From Chamaesiphon sp. (GTDB lineage: Bacteria > Cyanobacteriota > Cyanobacteriia > Cyanobacteriales > Chamaesiphonaceae): a DNA stretch of 64,000 bases. Numbering within the stretch: position 1 is the first letter of the stretch; every line of letters starts with the position of its first letter. Location: positions 224,001-288,000 of the forward strand of contig CBDFFH010000005.1 of assembly GCA_965246715.1 (NCBI GenBank), written 5' to 3'. Positions 9,724-20,995 of the stretch are shown here, piece by piece. The position numbers and the translations under genes are program-made. Below the pieces are notes generated by a model, which was not told the DNA's origin, searched no databases, and worked only from the letters and a program-made list of their open reading frames with translations.

Positions 9724-10143
9724 TTGATGACAATTCGATCGAGAGATAGTGCCATCGAAGATGGTAAAAATAATAGATTGACAATGGCTAAATGCGGTAA
9801 CACCGCCGGACAACGTTGGAGGATGACAGCCCGTGAGACAAATCCTGAATCTTATCGGTTGCAGACTCCATTTACAGGCAAAGATAAATGCTTGAACATT
9901 GTCAATGATGGTGAAAATAATAAACTGACAATGGCTAAATGTAGCAAAGTTGCCGGACAACTCTGGAAGATTACACCTAGTAAGACAACTCCTGGCAATT
10001 CCGGCTATTATTTTGTAACGAATCAACTTACAGGTGCGAGTAATTGTTTGAACGTTATCAATAATGGTAGAAATAATAAGCTGACGATGGCTAAGTGTGA
10101 CAATATTTCTGGACGAAGCTGGAAAATTACCAAAACTCCTTAA
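9724..10143 (+). CDS. Ricin-B (beta-trefoil) lectin-like protein, probably 5'-truncated
   Basis: Three repeats of CLN..NDG.NNKLTMAKC...GQxW; the first is incomplete and there is no signal peptide. Confidence 0.7.
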   Translation: MMTIRSRDSAIEDGKNNRLTMAKCGNTAGQRWRMTARETNPESYRLQTPFTGKDKCLNIVNDGENNKLTMAKCSKVAGQLWKITPSKTTPGNSGYYFVTNQLTGASNCLNVINNGRNNKLTMAKCDNISGRSWKITKTP

Positions 10144-11024
10144 TACGCTTGAGCAACGCATTGTAAAATCTTCTGCCCGATCGCGGCATGTTGTGAACGA
10201 TCCACTAATCCCGAATCGAGCAGAACAATCCCAAATAAAATCGCCCAGCCTTTGGCACGATCTAAAGTCGCCTCAGACACTTCACCATAGGCATCGATCG
10301 CTTGTTGCCTTAAATGCTGGTCAGGTAGCACACACCATAAAGCTGCGAGATCGGTTGCTCTATCTCCCGCAGTCAAATCGCCCCAATCAATCACTCCTGT
10401 AAAGCCACCTTTGTCTACCAAAAGATTACGCGGATGCAAGTCGCCATGTATCCACGTCGGTTCTACATCAATCGGTGCATTGACTGCTTGTTGCCAAAGC
10501 GATCGTATGGTTGGTGCGATCGTCGTTGTCTGTGCTTCTAATCGTTGCATCCGCTCATTCAGCATGGTCACTCGCTCAATCAGGGGAACGCCTCGAAATG
10601 AGTTCTTCGGTGCGTTATCCGGTGCTGCAACATGTAGAGCTTTCAAAAACAGCGCAAACTGTCGAGCATGATCCGCATTGAGTCGAATTTCGCCTGCGGT
10701 TTGTCCTGGGAGCCAAGGAATGACGCTCCAATGCCAAGGATAAAGCGAGTTCGGCACTCCAATCCTTAGAGGTACTGGAACTGCTAGCGGTAATTGTTTT
10801 GCAAGTTGTGGAAGCCAGTTTTGTTCATTTTCTAGTAGTTTTGCTGCGATCTCCCTTCTGGGGAGCCGAACTGCTAAGCGATCTCCCAAACGAAACATCG
10901 AGTTATCCCAACCCGCATCAACAAACTGAATCGACAGATTTTGCAGATCTGGGTGCTGTTCGGCAAGTAGCTGTGATACCAATAAAGCATCAATTTTAAC
11001 TTCTGCCGATGGAGTCCCCAACAT
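10140..11024 (-). CDS. Aminoglycoside phosphotransferase-family protein
   Basis: GWDN, WIHGDLHPRN, VIDWGD motifs. Confidence 0.85.
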   Translation of the reverse strand: MLGTPSAEVKIDALLVSQLLAEQHPDLQNLSIQFVDAGWDNSMFRLGDRLAVRLPRREIAAKLLENEQNWLPQLAKQLPLAVPVPLRIGVPNSLYPWHWSVIPWLPGQTAGEIRLNADHARQFALFLKALHVAAPDNAPKNSFRGVPLIERVTMLNERMQRLEAQTTTIAPTIRSLWQQAVNAPIDVEPTWIHGDLHPRNLLVDKGGFTGVIDWGDLTAGDRATDLAALWCVLPDQHLRQQAIDAYGEVSEATLDRAKGWAILFGIVLLDSGLVDRSQHAAIGQKILQCVAQAY

Positions 11025-11193
11025 ACGAATGACTTTCCAAAAATTGGTCTGCCGTAGGCAATCCCTAATATTTTTCCAATGACGTATCGAGTCATCCAAG
11101 AACAGCTTTAAGCTTTAAGTAGGTAAGTAAAATTATTTGTTAAATAGATAATAACTGAAACCTATGTCGTGAGCTTATTATCAATACAACGAT

Positions 11194-11808
11194 TTACCAA
11201 ATTCTGCTCATGTCTAGGATGAAACCTGGCATGACCTCATTACAGTCGATCGACATTGGGGCTGCTAAAATCTCTGGTTCTTGTCCCGATCTGTAAATTT
11301 CTACTTGCTTGTTTTTGGGATCGATCAGTAACCCCATTCTTACCCCCAACCGTTGGTACACCAGCATTTTCTGTTGTACTGGCTTGAGGTTATCGCTGGC
11401 AGATCTCAGTTCGATAACAAAATCAGGCACTACAGGAATAAACTTGACAATGTTCACTCCCTCTAGTCGAGACTTCTCAATCCATGAAACATCTGGTGAT
11501 GGTTTTCCACCGCCAACTGCCTCAAAATCATATCCACCCGATGAATCAAATACTCGACCTAAATTAGTTTGTCGGTTCCAGATATTCACATCGGTAACTA
11601 AATCTGCATTCTTTTCACTACTTTCGCCGCCTGCTGGAGCCATCACAATCAATTCTCGGTTCGGTGTCAATTCTAGGCGGAGGTCTGGGTTCTTGGCACA
11701 GAGAACGTCAAACTGCTCTGGCGTAACGATTAGAATCGTATCACTCACATCCAATAGCAACGGTTGAGTATCGACGATCGATGTGGTGGGAGCTATGGCA
11801 ATTGTCAT
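11194..11808 (-). CDS. Uma2-family endonuclease
   Basis: SPDVSW, PDFVIELRS, GVRMGLLIDP. Confidence 0.9.
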   Translation of the reverse strand: MTIAIAPTTSIVDTQPLLLDVSDTILIVTPEQFDVLCAKNPDLRLELTPNRELIVMAPAGGESSEKNADLVTDVNIWNRQTNLGRVFDSSGGYDFEAVGGGKPSPDVSWIEKSRLEGVNIVKFIPVVPDFVIELRSASDNLKPVQQKMLVYQRLGVRMGLLIDPKNKQVEIYRSGQEPEILAAPMSIDCNEVMPGFILDMSRIW

Positions 11809-13924
11809 AATACCTCCAAGCGTTTATGGGAGCTAGTTTATGTCGCTTTAATTTTATCATGCTGATTCTTTTATTTTAGAATGATATGGGGTGGGCAATT
11901 CCCGTCAGCTAGGTTTCAGACAATAAAGTATAACTGGCATCAATTGTCTGAATCAGAACAGATGTTAAATGGGACTATCCCTGCAAATCCGCCATCATGA
12001 CGATCGTCACCAGAAAAATTCTCTACAACCGCATCTTACAATTACTGTTGCGCCCCAAACGACTAGCTGCATTAGAGGCTTGTGCGATCGGGTTAGTCGC
12101 TGGATTAGCAGCAATGGCGTTGGGCGAAAGCGTCAGCCTGTTGGGGGGATGGCGACAGCAAGCAGCCCGTCTGGTTCCTGCGTATATAGCCCTACCGACG
12201 ATCGGCTTAATTGCTGGAGTAATAGCCGGATGGCTGGCGGGATATGTTGCCCCTGGCTCTAGTGGGAGCGGTATGTCGGAGGTAAAAGCAGTATTGGCGC
12301 GGGTGCCGATGCCAATGACGCTGCGGTTGGCTGCGGTGAAATGGCTCAGTGCCACATTAATATTGGCAGCAGGGTTTCCACTCGGACGGGAAGGCCCCAC
12401 AGTGCAAATTGGTGCGGCATTAGCCAATCAATTCAGCGACTGGTTTCCGACTTCCCCCGAACGGCGGCGACAACTAATTGCAGCGGGAGCAGGGGCGGGA
12501 GTAGCAGCGGCATTTAATGCGCCGATCGCGGGAGTGTTATTTGTAGTTGAAGAATTGCTCCAAGATGTCACGGGGATTACCTTGGGTACGGCAATTTTAG
12601 CCTCTTTTGTCGCCTCCGCCGTCGCCCGGATCGGTGGTTCTCGGAGTTGGAATCTGAATTTTGAGGCACACCTGAGTAATACCATCCACAATAGTTTTTC
12701 GGTGCCAGAGATTCCCTTTTATTTACTGTTGGGAATTTTGGCTGGAGGGTTGGGAGTTGTATTTAATCGGGGCATACTGCTGAGTTTAGGATTTTATCGG
12801 CAGTTTTTCCATGTGGCTTTGCCGTGGCGGGTTGGGCTAGCTGGATTAGTGACGGGAATTGCGCTGGCAACTCTACCCACCGTGTTTCGGGATAATGCTG
12901 GGTTGAGACAGCTATTGCTCAGTGGTGAGGCAGACTGGCAGTTAGTCGCGATCGTGTTTTGGGTCAAATTCGCGTTAATTATCTTTGTGACTGGCTCTGG
13001 GGCACCTGGGGGGCTGCTGATTCCCTCGATGACGCTGGGATCTGCGCTGGGATATTTGGTGGGGACTTTAGGGCACCATGTACTGTTGACGGGATCGCCT
13101 AGTACTTATGCCTATGTGGGGATGGCAGCTTTCTTTTGTGCCGTCTCGCGGGTGCCAATTACGGCGGTAATTCTGGTGTTCGAGATGACCAGTGATTTTA
13201 ATCTGGTGTTGCCATTAATGATTGGGGTAGTCACCGCTAATCTGGTGGCAGAAAAACTGGAAACCGGATCGCTGTACGATCGATTGTTAGAAGCTAATGG
13301 CATTCATCTAGCCGAGCTATCCAAATCGCCAGAACCCTGGACAGAATTAACAGCACATCAGGTAATGCAGCCCAAAGTAGAAACCATTGCCAGCGATCTG
13401 AGCTTGGATGAAGCATTACTGGTATTTGCCCAATCTTCCCACCATACTTTCCCCGTAATGGCAGCAGGTAAATTAGTGGGGATTGTATCCCAGCAGGATC
13501 TGGTAGATCGCTTGGCACTAGAAACGAACGAAGGTCTCTCGGTCGCAGATATCATGACTCCCGCACCCGTGACAGCAATTCCCGAAGATACACTAGCGCA
13601 TATTCTCCATTTACTCGATCGCGGTCGTTTCAGCAGTCTACCGATCGTTGATGGTCGAAAACTAGTCGGCATTATCACCCGCACCGATATTATTCGGGTG
13701 GAAGCCGCATATCTCAATGGTCGCGAACATCCCCTTGGTGCAAAAACTAGCACTTCACACATTATCTATCAAACTCGCGCACCAGAAATCGGTAAGGGAC
13801 GATTGCTCGTATTACTGAGTAATCCCAAAACTGCCAAAATGCTAATGGAGATGGCAGTAGCAATTGCACGCGATCGCGATTATGAAATCGAAGTATTGCA
13901 CGTAATTGTCGTCCCCCCACATAA

Positions 13925-15240
13925 GGTGATTCCCGATAAAGAACATACCAGTTAGGCAGGGCGGATCAGAATGTCCCATTTAGGGAGTAGTGGGTTCCTT
14001 TCTAATCTTTTTTCCACTTCTTTCATTGCTGATTTATTGAGTGAAATACCTTTTTGATAAATCTTACTATTTAATTGAATAATAGGATGCAATCCTTTCC
14101 AGGTCATACTCTCTGCCCATGCTAGCATGGCTGATACATTTAATAACTTTGCCCCATTCCAATGCTTTTCTAAAACTCCCCAGCATCTTTCAATCGGATT
14201 ATATTTGCTGTGATAAGGTGGATAATAGATTAGGTGAATAGATTTACCAATTTTATCTGAAAAGTCTACCATTCTTTTTAAGAACTGAGTTCGCACACCA
14301 CTGCTTTCAGGGCCATTATCCACCTTAATTTGGATCTTCTCGATCGTCTGCTGCTGTTCCAGTAGAAGTATGTCCCACCAGTCCTGTAATGTGTCTGCAA
14401 TAAAATCACTTGTTTTATAAGAGCTACCAAAACTAATCTGTAAAGCTCCAGTATCTTCATCAACGATTCCACATGGGATATATTTTTCTTCACAGCCCAT
14501 GTCATGGTCATTAGCTTGATTATCTCCTCTAGTTTTCCCCCCTCTACTTAAATTTCCAATATTGACTTTCGCTTTGCAGTCAATACTTAATCGTTTGATT
14601 CTCTTTGATTCTAACTGTTTTTGATGCTGGTTGATGTTCTCGAAGATATCGTTGGTTTCTGCAATTTTTTTTGAGGCTTTGCTTTCACTACTTTTCTGAG
14701 CCGATAGCCCGTTCGATTTAAAACTTCTATCATCGTACTCAGCGATGGCAATTGCTCCGGCATATAACCCTGTTGGGCTAATTGTTTGAGGGCTTCTGCC
14801 GCTGTTAATCGTGTATACGCAATCGTTGTTGCAAATGTTGGATCTTGTTGCGAATGTGACTCTGCTAATTTTTTCAGTGAATCAGCAACTTCTGGTTGTT
14901 TTTCCTCCCATCTTTTTGCCCCACTAAAGCCTGTTTGCGCTCCTACACAGATAATTCCAGTTCGTTTCTCTGCTAACCCTAGTGCTACAGTTTCTCTACT
15001 CCAACCAAATATCCTCTCTGTCAATCTAGCGTTTCCTTGGCAATATTTAATTGCCATTTCTGCTTGAAAGTAACGACGTTTTACACCGCTTAATTTAGCA
15101 GAAGCTAGCCGTAAATCTTCTCTTTGGCTACTACTTAACGTGAGTTCGGTTTTATTGCTAAACAATACTACTATCTTCCTTTCTTCGGCTTACCAATAAA
15201 ATAGTACTATAACTGGGTGGCTTTTTTATCGGGAATCACC
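13925..15240 (-). mobile_element. ISAzo13-family insertion sequence (1316 bp)
   Basis: 16-bp TIR ggtgattcccgataaa / tttatcgggaatcacc; 3-bp TAA duplication. Confidence 0.9.
13952..15165 (-). CDS. ISAzo13 transposase (two ORFs joined at an A8 run, likely -1 frameshift)
   Basis: orfA ends KPQKK at A8 near 14665-14672; orfB has IDCKAKV, DNGPESSG and YYPPYHSKYNPIER. Confidence 0.85.
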
Positions 15241-15890
15241 TAAATCATTGACAGAAGCTGCCGTTAGGACAGTCACAGGCGAACAACTCCTCCGACAGGC
15301 TAAAAACCTGGGATTAGTCTGGCAGGTGCCCGTCCATACCCAAATTCGGGTCGCTCACAACCTCTGTGCCGCCATGCTCCAGACGATCGATTCCCAACAT
15401 ATTAACCTCGCGGTGATGGGTTGGCGCGGTAGTAGTAGAGTGCCCACGGAATGGATTTTTAGTCGATTGGTCGATCCGGTGATTCAACAGGCAAATTGTG
15501 AGTTGGTACTGGTCAAATGTAACGATCGAACTCAATTCGATCGCTGGCTGGTACCAATGGCTGGCGGGCCGAATGCTCGACTGGCGATCGAACTCCTCCC
15601 CGCGCTGACTAGCTTGAGTCACAAGCCCCAAGTGCGCCTCTGTCAAGTCTTTGAGCCTGGAGATCGCCAACCAGATCTGAGCGTACTCGATCGCGCGGCT
15701 GATTTTCTCGATCCATATCTGCATGGCGCGATTACCACAGTCCCGCTCTATAATAGTTCCATTCCAGAAGCGGTATTAAACTACGCGAGACAGGATGACA
15801 GCGATGCGATCGTCTTAGGGGCGAGTCGTGCCGGAATATTACAGCAAGTGGTCAATGGCAACATTCCTGCTGCTATTTCCCAAAATAGCG

Positions 15891-15914
15891 TTCGCGGAGC
15901 GTCGCTTCTGGCGA
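15891..15914 (+). repeat. SDR5-like 24-bp insertion in HIP1 (in frame, USP domain)
   Basis: gcg[ttcgcggagcgtcgcttctggcga]atcgc. Confidence 0.8.
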
Positions 15915-16065
15915 ATCGCACGGTAATTGTCATCAGAGCGGCAATTTCCAAATCAAATTAGTACTACGGTTACGCATATTTTAGCGATCGAATCACCACC
16001 TTTGGATGATTGCTTCATCGGTACAAGTCACATCTCAACTTCACCAAGTAGGAAAAAAATAGTCA

Positions 16066-16470
16066 TCAAATTCCTTCACAGAGTCGCTGTGGTAACTGTT
16101 TGAGTACGCGATCGAATGGTGCAAAATCTTTCAAACCGTGACACAAAATCAACACTCCTTGAATAGCAATAATTGCATCTTCACCGCGCTGCTTTGCTAA
16201 TATTTCATCCAATCCCGCTGCAATCAAAACATTGGAGATTGCTTCAATCCACTGCGAAAATGCCCACCTAATTTGGGTGTGAAACAGATCGTCACTCGCT
16301 GCTTCTAATACTAAGAATGCCCACAGACAGGAATTTTGCCCCTGATTAAAAAAGCGATTCGTTTCCGCGCACATTGCCTGGAATTTATCAATTGATTTTC
16401 GATCGTTCCCAAGCAGCGGTAAAATACTCGTCTCTAGCCACAAATTAACCTGCGTCAGGGCAGCTTCCAG
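16066..16470 (-). pseudogene. TetR-family regulator lacking its N-terminal HTH
   Basis: Only the C-terminal ligand domain (AIIAIQGVLIL); 5' end fused directly to an operator-like repeat. Confidence 0.65.
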
Positions 16471-16512
16471 CGAACGAACGGTACAGTATTTATATACCGA
16501 ACGAACGGTACA
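16471..16512. promoter_or_regulatory. Tandem TetR-type operator sites
   Basis: cgaacgaacggtaca twice; full quasi-palindrome taccgaacgaacggta at 16495-16510. Confidence 0.6.
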
Positions 16513-16745
16513 AAAACAAGCTTACCTTCCGAGAGAGGATTGGGATGAAACAAGCACAACGTCATCTGCCGCAGATCGATGCGAATCAGCCTGTTTGTCC
16601 AGAGCGACTTTGGATCTTAGCTTTTCTAGCTCTCGTACCCCTATTAGAACGTGGTTTTTTACCAACCGACTGTTCGCTTTAGATTAACAGGTACACAGAT
16701 TTTCACACATCAAATATTCACCTTCACCGCATCAGGATTGAGATC

Positions 16746-17373
16746 ATGATTAAACTCTACGGTCACGAAGTATCTGGTAATAGTTACAAAGTAAAATTGC
16801 TGTTAGAATTATTAAAGATCGAGTACGAATGGATTAAAGTAGACTTGATGAAAGGCGAACAAAAATCGCCAGAATACCTTGCACTTAACCCATTTGGACA
16901 GGTGCCATTATTGATCGATGGCGAGACTAAATTAGCAGATGCTCAGGCGATTTTAGTATACCTGGCACGGCAGTATGGCGGTGACAAATGGCTCCCATTG
17001 GATGCGTTACCTCTAGCTCAAGTCATTCGCTGGTTATCAACTACCGCCGGAGAAGTACGCCAGGGGCCAGAAAATGCTCGACTTTATCATTTGTTTGGGG
17101 CTGGCACTAATATTAATATCGTTGGCGAAGCCTCTCAGACTTGAGAATCGAGCTACCCAAAAAGCAGCGGATATTTTGAACCTGTTGAACGAACATTTAA
17201 GTACGCGCACTTGGTTAGAATTCGAGCATCCCACCATTGCCGATGTTGCTGTTTTTCCCTATGTCGCTCTGGCGCGAGATGGCAAGATTAATGTTGATGC
17301 TTATCCAAATGTTTTGGCATGGATCGATCGCATCAAACAACTACCTGGTTATGTTCCAATGGCTGGAATTTAA
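16746..17373 (+). pseudogene. Glutathione S-transferase frameshifted by a 25-bp insertion
   Basis: SGNSYKV and NPFGQVP N-domain; removal of 17122-17146 restores NIDRATQK. Confidence 0.9.
17122..17146 (+). repeat. SDR5-like 25-bp insertion in CGATCG
   Basis: atcg[ttggcgaagcctctcagacttgaga]atcga. Confidence 0.85.
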
Positions 17374-17432
17374 TAACCCCTTAGATCTTCTAGTGGGGGA
17401 GGGCGGGTTCGTTTGATATCGAACAGTAAGAT

Positions 17433-17454
17433 TACCTACGGTAGGCTTCGCCAA
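17433..17454 (-). repeat. SDR5-like 22-bp insertion (intergenic)
   Basis: gat[tacctacggtaggcttcgccaa]cg. Confidence 0.8.
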
Positions 17455-17561
17455 CGATATTGGCTAGCATAAACAAAGCCAGCTACAGATCTATAAACTC
17501 ACCCTATACATTTTATTCGATCGAATATATCGAAACAGATACCCAATCTTCAGGAGAAATC

Positions 17562-18191
17562 ATGATCGATCTCTACTATTGGACAACCCCTAACGGTCAC
17601 AAAATTCCGATCTTTTTAGAAGAAGCGGCACTACCTTACACCATTCATCCGATTAACATCAGCAAAGGCGAACAATTTCAGCCGTCCTTCTTGCAGATAT
17701 CGCCCAACAACCGCATCCCCGCGATTGTAGATCGAGATCCGATAGATCGTGGCGAAGCGATTAGCGTATTTGAATCAGGGGCAATCTTGCAATACCTCGC
17801 CGAAAAAACTGGTAAGTTTTTGCCCACCGATCTCAGGGGTCGAATGGAGACTATGCAGTGGTTATTCTGGCAAGTAGGTGGGCTGGGGCCGATGTTAGGT
17901 CAAAATCATCATTTCACTCAGTATGCACCCGAACAAATCCCTTATGCGATTCAACGCTACCTCAAAGAAACCGAGCGGTTGTATGGAGTGCTAGATAAGC
18001 AATTAATAAATCGGGAATACATTACGGGCGAGTATTCGATCGCAGATATGGCGGCTTATCCTTGGATTGTACCCCATGCCAGTCAGCAAATCGACCTTAA
18101 TGCCTTCCCCAACGTCAAGCGGTGGTTTGAGTCTATCCAGAGTCGTCCAGCCGTCAAACGCGCCTATGCTAAAGCTGAAGAAATCCGATGA
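17562..18191 (+). CDS. GST-like disulfide oxidoreductase (YfcG/YghU class)
   Basis: WTTPNGHK, SPNNRIPAIVD, FESGAIL; RBS ggag before MIDLYY. Confidence 0.9.
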   Translation: MIDLYYWTTPNGHKIPIFLEEAALPYTIHPINISKGEQFQPSFLQISPNNRIPAIVDRDPIDRGEAISVFESGAILQYLAEKTGKFLPTDLRGRMETMQWLFWQVGGLGPMLGQNHHFTQYAPEQIPYAIQRYLKETERLYGVLDKQLINREYITGEYSIADMAAYPWIVPHASQQIDLNAFPNVKRWFESIQSRPAVKRAYAKAEEIR

Positions 18192-18721
18192 AAATCTTGG
18201 CAATTTCTGGGAGTTTGCGCCCTCAATCTTCTAACACAGCCATTTTACAAGCAGTGGTGAAATTAGCCACTGCTGATGTAGATATCAGAATTTATGATGG
18301 AATTGGCAATCTTCCCCACTTTAACCCCGATTTCGATCGTGATGAAGGATTGACTTCAGTTATTGATTGGCGGGCACATTTGCAAACTGCTGATGGGGTA
18401 ATTTTTTGCACGCCGGAATATGCTCATGGTGTCCCTGGTGTCCTCAAAAATGCCCTCGATTGGATCGTTTCTTCTGGTGAGCTTATGTATAAACCTACTG
18501 CGGTAATTAGTGCCTCTCCATCACCCGATGGTGGCGATAAAGCAAATACTTCACTCGTGCAAACGTTGAGAGTCATGATGGCAGATATTTCAGCAGGAGC
18601 AACGCTGTGTATTCCGGCTATTTCCGCCAAGTTAAATGATAAGGGCAAGCTGATAGATTCTGCCACAGTATCGGCACTTCGATCGCTATTGGATACTCTT
18701 ATCTATTCAATTAATAAATGA
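18188..18721 (+). CDS. NADPH-dependent FMN reductase
   Basis: ISGSLR..SSN, TPEYAHGVPGVLKNALDW. Confidence 0.9.
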   Translation: MKILAISGSLRPQSSNTAILQAVVKLATADVDIRIYDGIGNLPHFNPDFDRDEGLTSVIDWRAHLQTADGVIFCTPEYAHGVPGVLKNALDWIVSSGELMYKPTAVISASPSPDGGDKANTSLVQTLRVMMADISAGATLCIPAISAKLNDKGKLIDSATVSALRSLLDTLIYSINK

Positions 18722-18858
18722 TTTGGTGATGCAAAGTCAGCCTGCGCGGACTAATAAGCTGGAACTATTGGCGTAACTCGTATGGGAACAAACCCGCACT
18801 AACTCACTAACCTGAAGACAGCTATAAAAATCGATCGAACTCTCAGGAGAAAAACAAA

Positions 18859-19773
18859 ATGGCAAACCCAGGCTGGACACATACTGAGTCGCCCTTTCAC
18901 GCAGGCGAACTAGCAATTCAAGCCCGATTCGGAGCGCAGGAGCGGATGGACAAACAAGCCCGTCGGATGGTGCGAGATTATCTCCCAGAGCAACACCAAC
19001 AGTTTTTTGCCCAATTATCTTATCTAATTGTGGGTACGGTGGATACAGTGGGTAATCTCTGGGCTTCGATACTGGTGGGCGAACCAGGCTTTCTCTCCTC
19101 CCCAAATGAGCATACATTGCGAGTTACCGCCCAGCCGCTATTTGGCGATCCTTTGGCAACCACCCTCGCCGAAGGGATCGATATTGGCTTGCTTGGCATC
19201 GAACTACATACCCGCCGCCGCAACCGCTTGAACGGCAGCATTACGGCAATTCATGCCACTAGTTTCGATGTCCATGTCGGACAAAGCTTTGGGAATTGTC
19301 CCCAATACATTCAAGCCCGGATATTTGAGCTAGTTGAATCCGATGCAACCAGCCCCAAAGTTCATCAGTTCACAACGTTAGGAGCAGCGGAACGCGCCAT
19401 CATTACAGCCGCTGACACGTTCTTCATTGCTACCGCCTATCAAGACGAATCAGCGGGTGCTGCACGAGGTGTAGATGTTTCCCATCGGGGTGGTAAACCT
19501 GGATTCGTCCGCATCGATGATGGCACATTAACCGTTCCCGACTTTTCTGGTAATTGTCACTTTAATACCTTCGGCAACCTGGAGTTAAATCCTCGCGCAG
19601 GACTGCTATTTGTAGATTTTGAGTCAGGAGATCTACTTTATCTTACAGGTACCGCTGAAGTGATCTGGGAAGGAACTGAAGCTATAAATTATGAGGGGGC
19701 AGAGCGATTATTTCGCTTTCGACTAGTTCGAGGATATCGGATTGAAAGTAGTTTACTCCTACACGGTGTTTGA
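18859..19773 (+). CDS. Pyridoxamine 5'-phosphate oxidase-like FMN-binding protein (last codons come from a MITE)
   Basis: FHAGE, RRRNRLNG, GNCPQYIQ, DVSHRGG. Confidence 0.85.
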   Translation: MANPGWTHTESPFHAGELAIQARFGAQERMDKQARRMVRDYLPEQHQQFFAQLSYLIVGTVDTVGNLWASILVGEPGFLSSPNEHTLRVTAQPLFGDPLATTLAEGIDIGLLGIELHTRRRNRLNGSITAIHATSFDVHVGQSFGNCPQYIQARIFELVESDATSPKVHQFTTLGAAERAIITAADTFFIATAYQDESAGAARGVDVSHRGGKPGFVRIDDGTLTVPDFSGNCHFNTFGNLELNPRAGLLFVDFESGDLLYLTGTAEVIWEGTEAINYEGAERLFRFRLVRGYRIESSLLLHGV

Positions 19774-19992
19774 GTAGCAAGTGTGCAGAAACTGCCGTTA
19801 AGCTTGTAGCCTAGTCACAGCAATCATTTCAATGATGGATTTTTCTGAGGATAAAACTGTACCAATTAAACTAAGATCTATTTGGTACACCGATCGCTAC
19901 GAGATTTCGGTAGTTTCAGGGTGCTAAATCTCAGAGGGTTTAATTGGTACAATCCTTAGCGGCACTTTTGGCACAGATGCTACTTAAACACC
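19765..19992. mobile_element. MITE-like element with long imperfect terminal inverted repeats
   Basis: ggtgtttgagtagcaagtgtgcagaaactgccgttaag versus reverse complement of right end ggtgtttaagtagcatctgtgccaaaagtgccgctaag. Confidence 0.7.
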
Positions 19993-20033
19993 TAGCACTA
20001 AAACTCGTTATTAAGCATAGATTCAGATTGAAT

Positions 20034-20762
20034 CTAGAAGCCTTTGACTAATTTGGGAAACTCTTGGCGGAGTCGATCGAGTTTGGGTAAGTCGTTGACG
20101 ACGATGTAGGGATATGTTGGATTGCGGGCGAGAAAGTTTTGATGATGCTCTTCGGCTGGATAAAACTTCTGAAGTGGAGCCATCTGCGTGACGATCGGTT
20201 GGGGGAAAACGTGAGATTTATCTAGTTGACTGATATAAGCTTTGGCAACCCGTTGCTGCTCGCTATTGGTAAAGAATATTGCCGATCGATATTGCCTGCC
20301 TGAATCGGGGCCTTGACGGTTCAATTCGGTTGGATCGTGGGCTACCTTGAAAAAGACATTTAGCAACTGCTCGTAAGAGATTTGCTTGGGATCGTAGGTA
20401 ATTTGGACAGCCTCTGCATGTCCGGTTTCACCATCACTGACTGTTTCATAGTTAGCAGTATCTTTGCTACCGCCAGAATAACCAGAAACAACATTAGATA
20501 CCCCTTTGATGTGCTCGAATACTGCTTCTACACCCCAGAAACAGCCACCAGCAAACACGGCAGTTTGTAAACCTCTAGTTTTGGTGGGAGCAAGTGCGAT
20601 CGTGGAGTCGTTAATTAAACTCGAATTTGCTGATGCAGCATCTGGGATTGTAGATGCGGCAGTGGCAGTAGATATCGTTGAATGAGAGCCGCGATAAGCA
20701 GCCACTGTACCAACCGATAATAATGTAATAAACAGGCCAGTCGAGATGTGACGTAATAACAT
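20034..20762 (-). CDS. msrA: Methionine-S-sulfoxide reductase with signal peptide
   Basis: [24 protein letters not shown]; hydrophobic N-terminal leader. Confidence 0.95.
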   Translation of the reverse strand: MLLRHISTGLFITLLSVGTVAAYRGSHSTISTATAASTIPDAASANSSLINDSTIALAPTKTRGLQTAVFAGGCFWGVEAVFEHIKGVSNVVSGYSGGSKDTANYETVSDGETGHAEAVQITYDPKQISYEQLLNVFFKVAHDPTELNRQGPDSGRQYRSAIFFTNSEQQRVAKAYISQLDKSHVFPQPIVTQMAPLQKFYPAEEHHQNFLARNPTYPYIVVNDLPKLDRLRQEFPKLVKGF

Positions 20763-20944
20763 CAGTGTGAGTGAATATGTAAAATTTGGATCGATGGATA
20801 ACTTGGTTGTAAGACTCTAGATCTGGATAGAAAGTTCAGATGATTAGCTGCTAATCTAAGAGTACTTAAAAATCGTGGAGTCTATTACTGGGAAAAGTGT
20901 GAGTTGGAGAAAATATTACCCAATTGAAGATGTATTTTAGCGAT

Positions 20945-20992
20945 TCTCGTTGCGAGAGGCTTCTGCTAAGGCAGAGGCTTCGCCAACGCCAA
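20945..20992 (-). repeat. Nested SDR5-like insertions
   Basis: gcgat[tctcgttgcgagaggct(tctgctaaggcagaggcttcgccaa)cgccaa]cgg. Confidence 0.75.
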
Positions 20993-20995
20993 CGG

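Larger units (their letters stand above)
11997..15961 (+). pseudogene. ClC chloride channel with CBS and USP domains, interrupted by an IS
   Basis: GSGMSE, GREGP and GGLLIP motifs, CBS pair; frame restored (PPHKSLTEA) when 13925-15240 and one TAA are removed. Confidence 0.9.

Noticed and set aside
10140..11024. Antibiotic resistance gene
   Set aside because: Only the generic APH/kinase fold is visible; the substrate cannot be inferred.
18733..18751. aaagtcagcctgcgcggac REP-like motif
   Set aside because: A single degenerate copy in the window, so repeat status cannot be shown.
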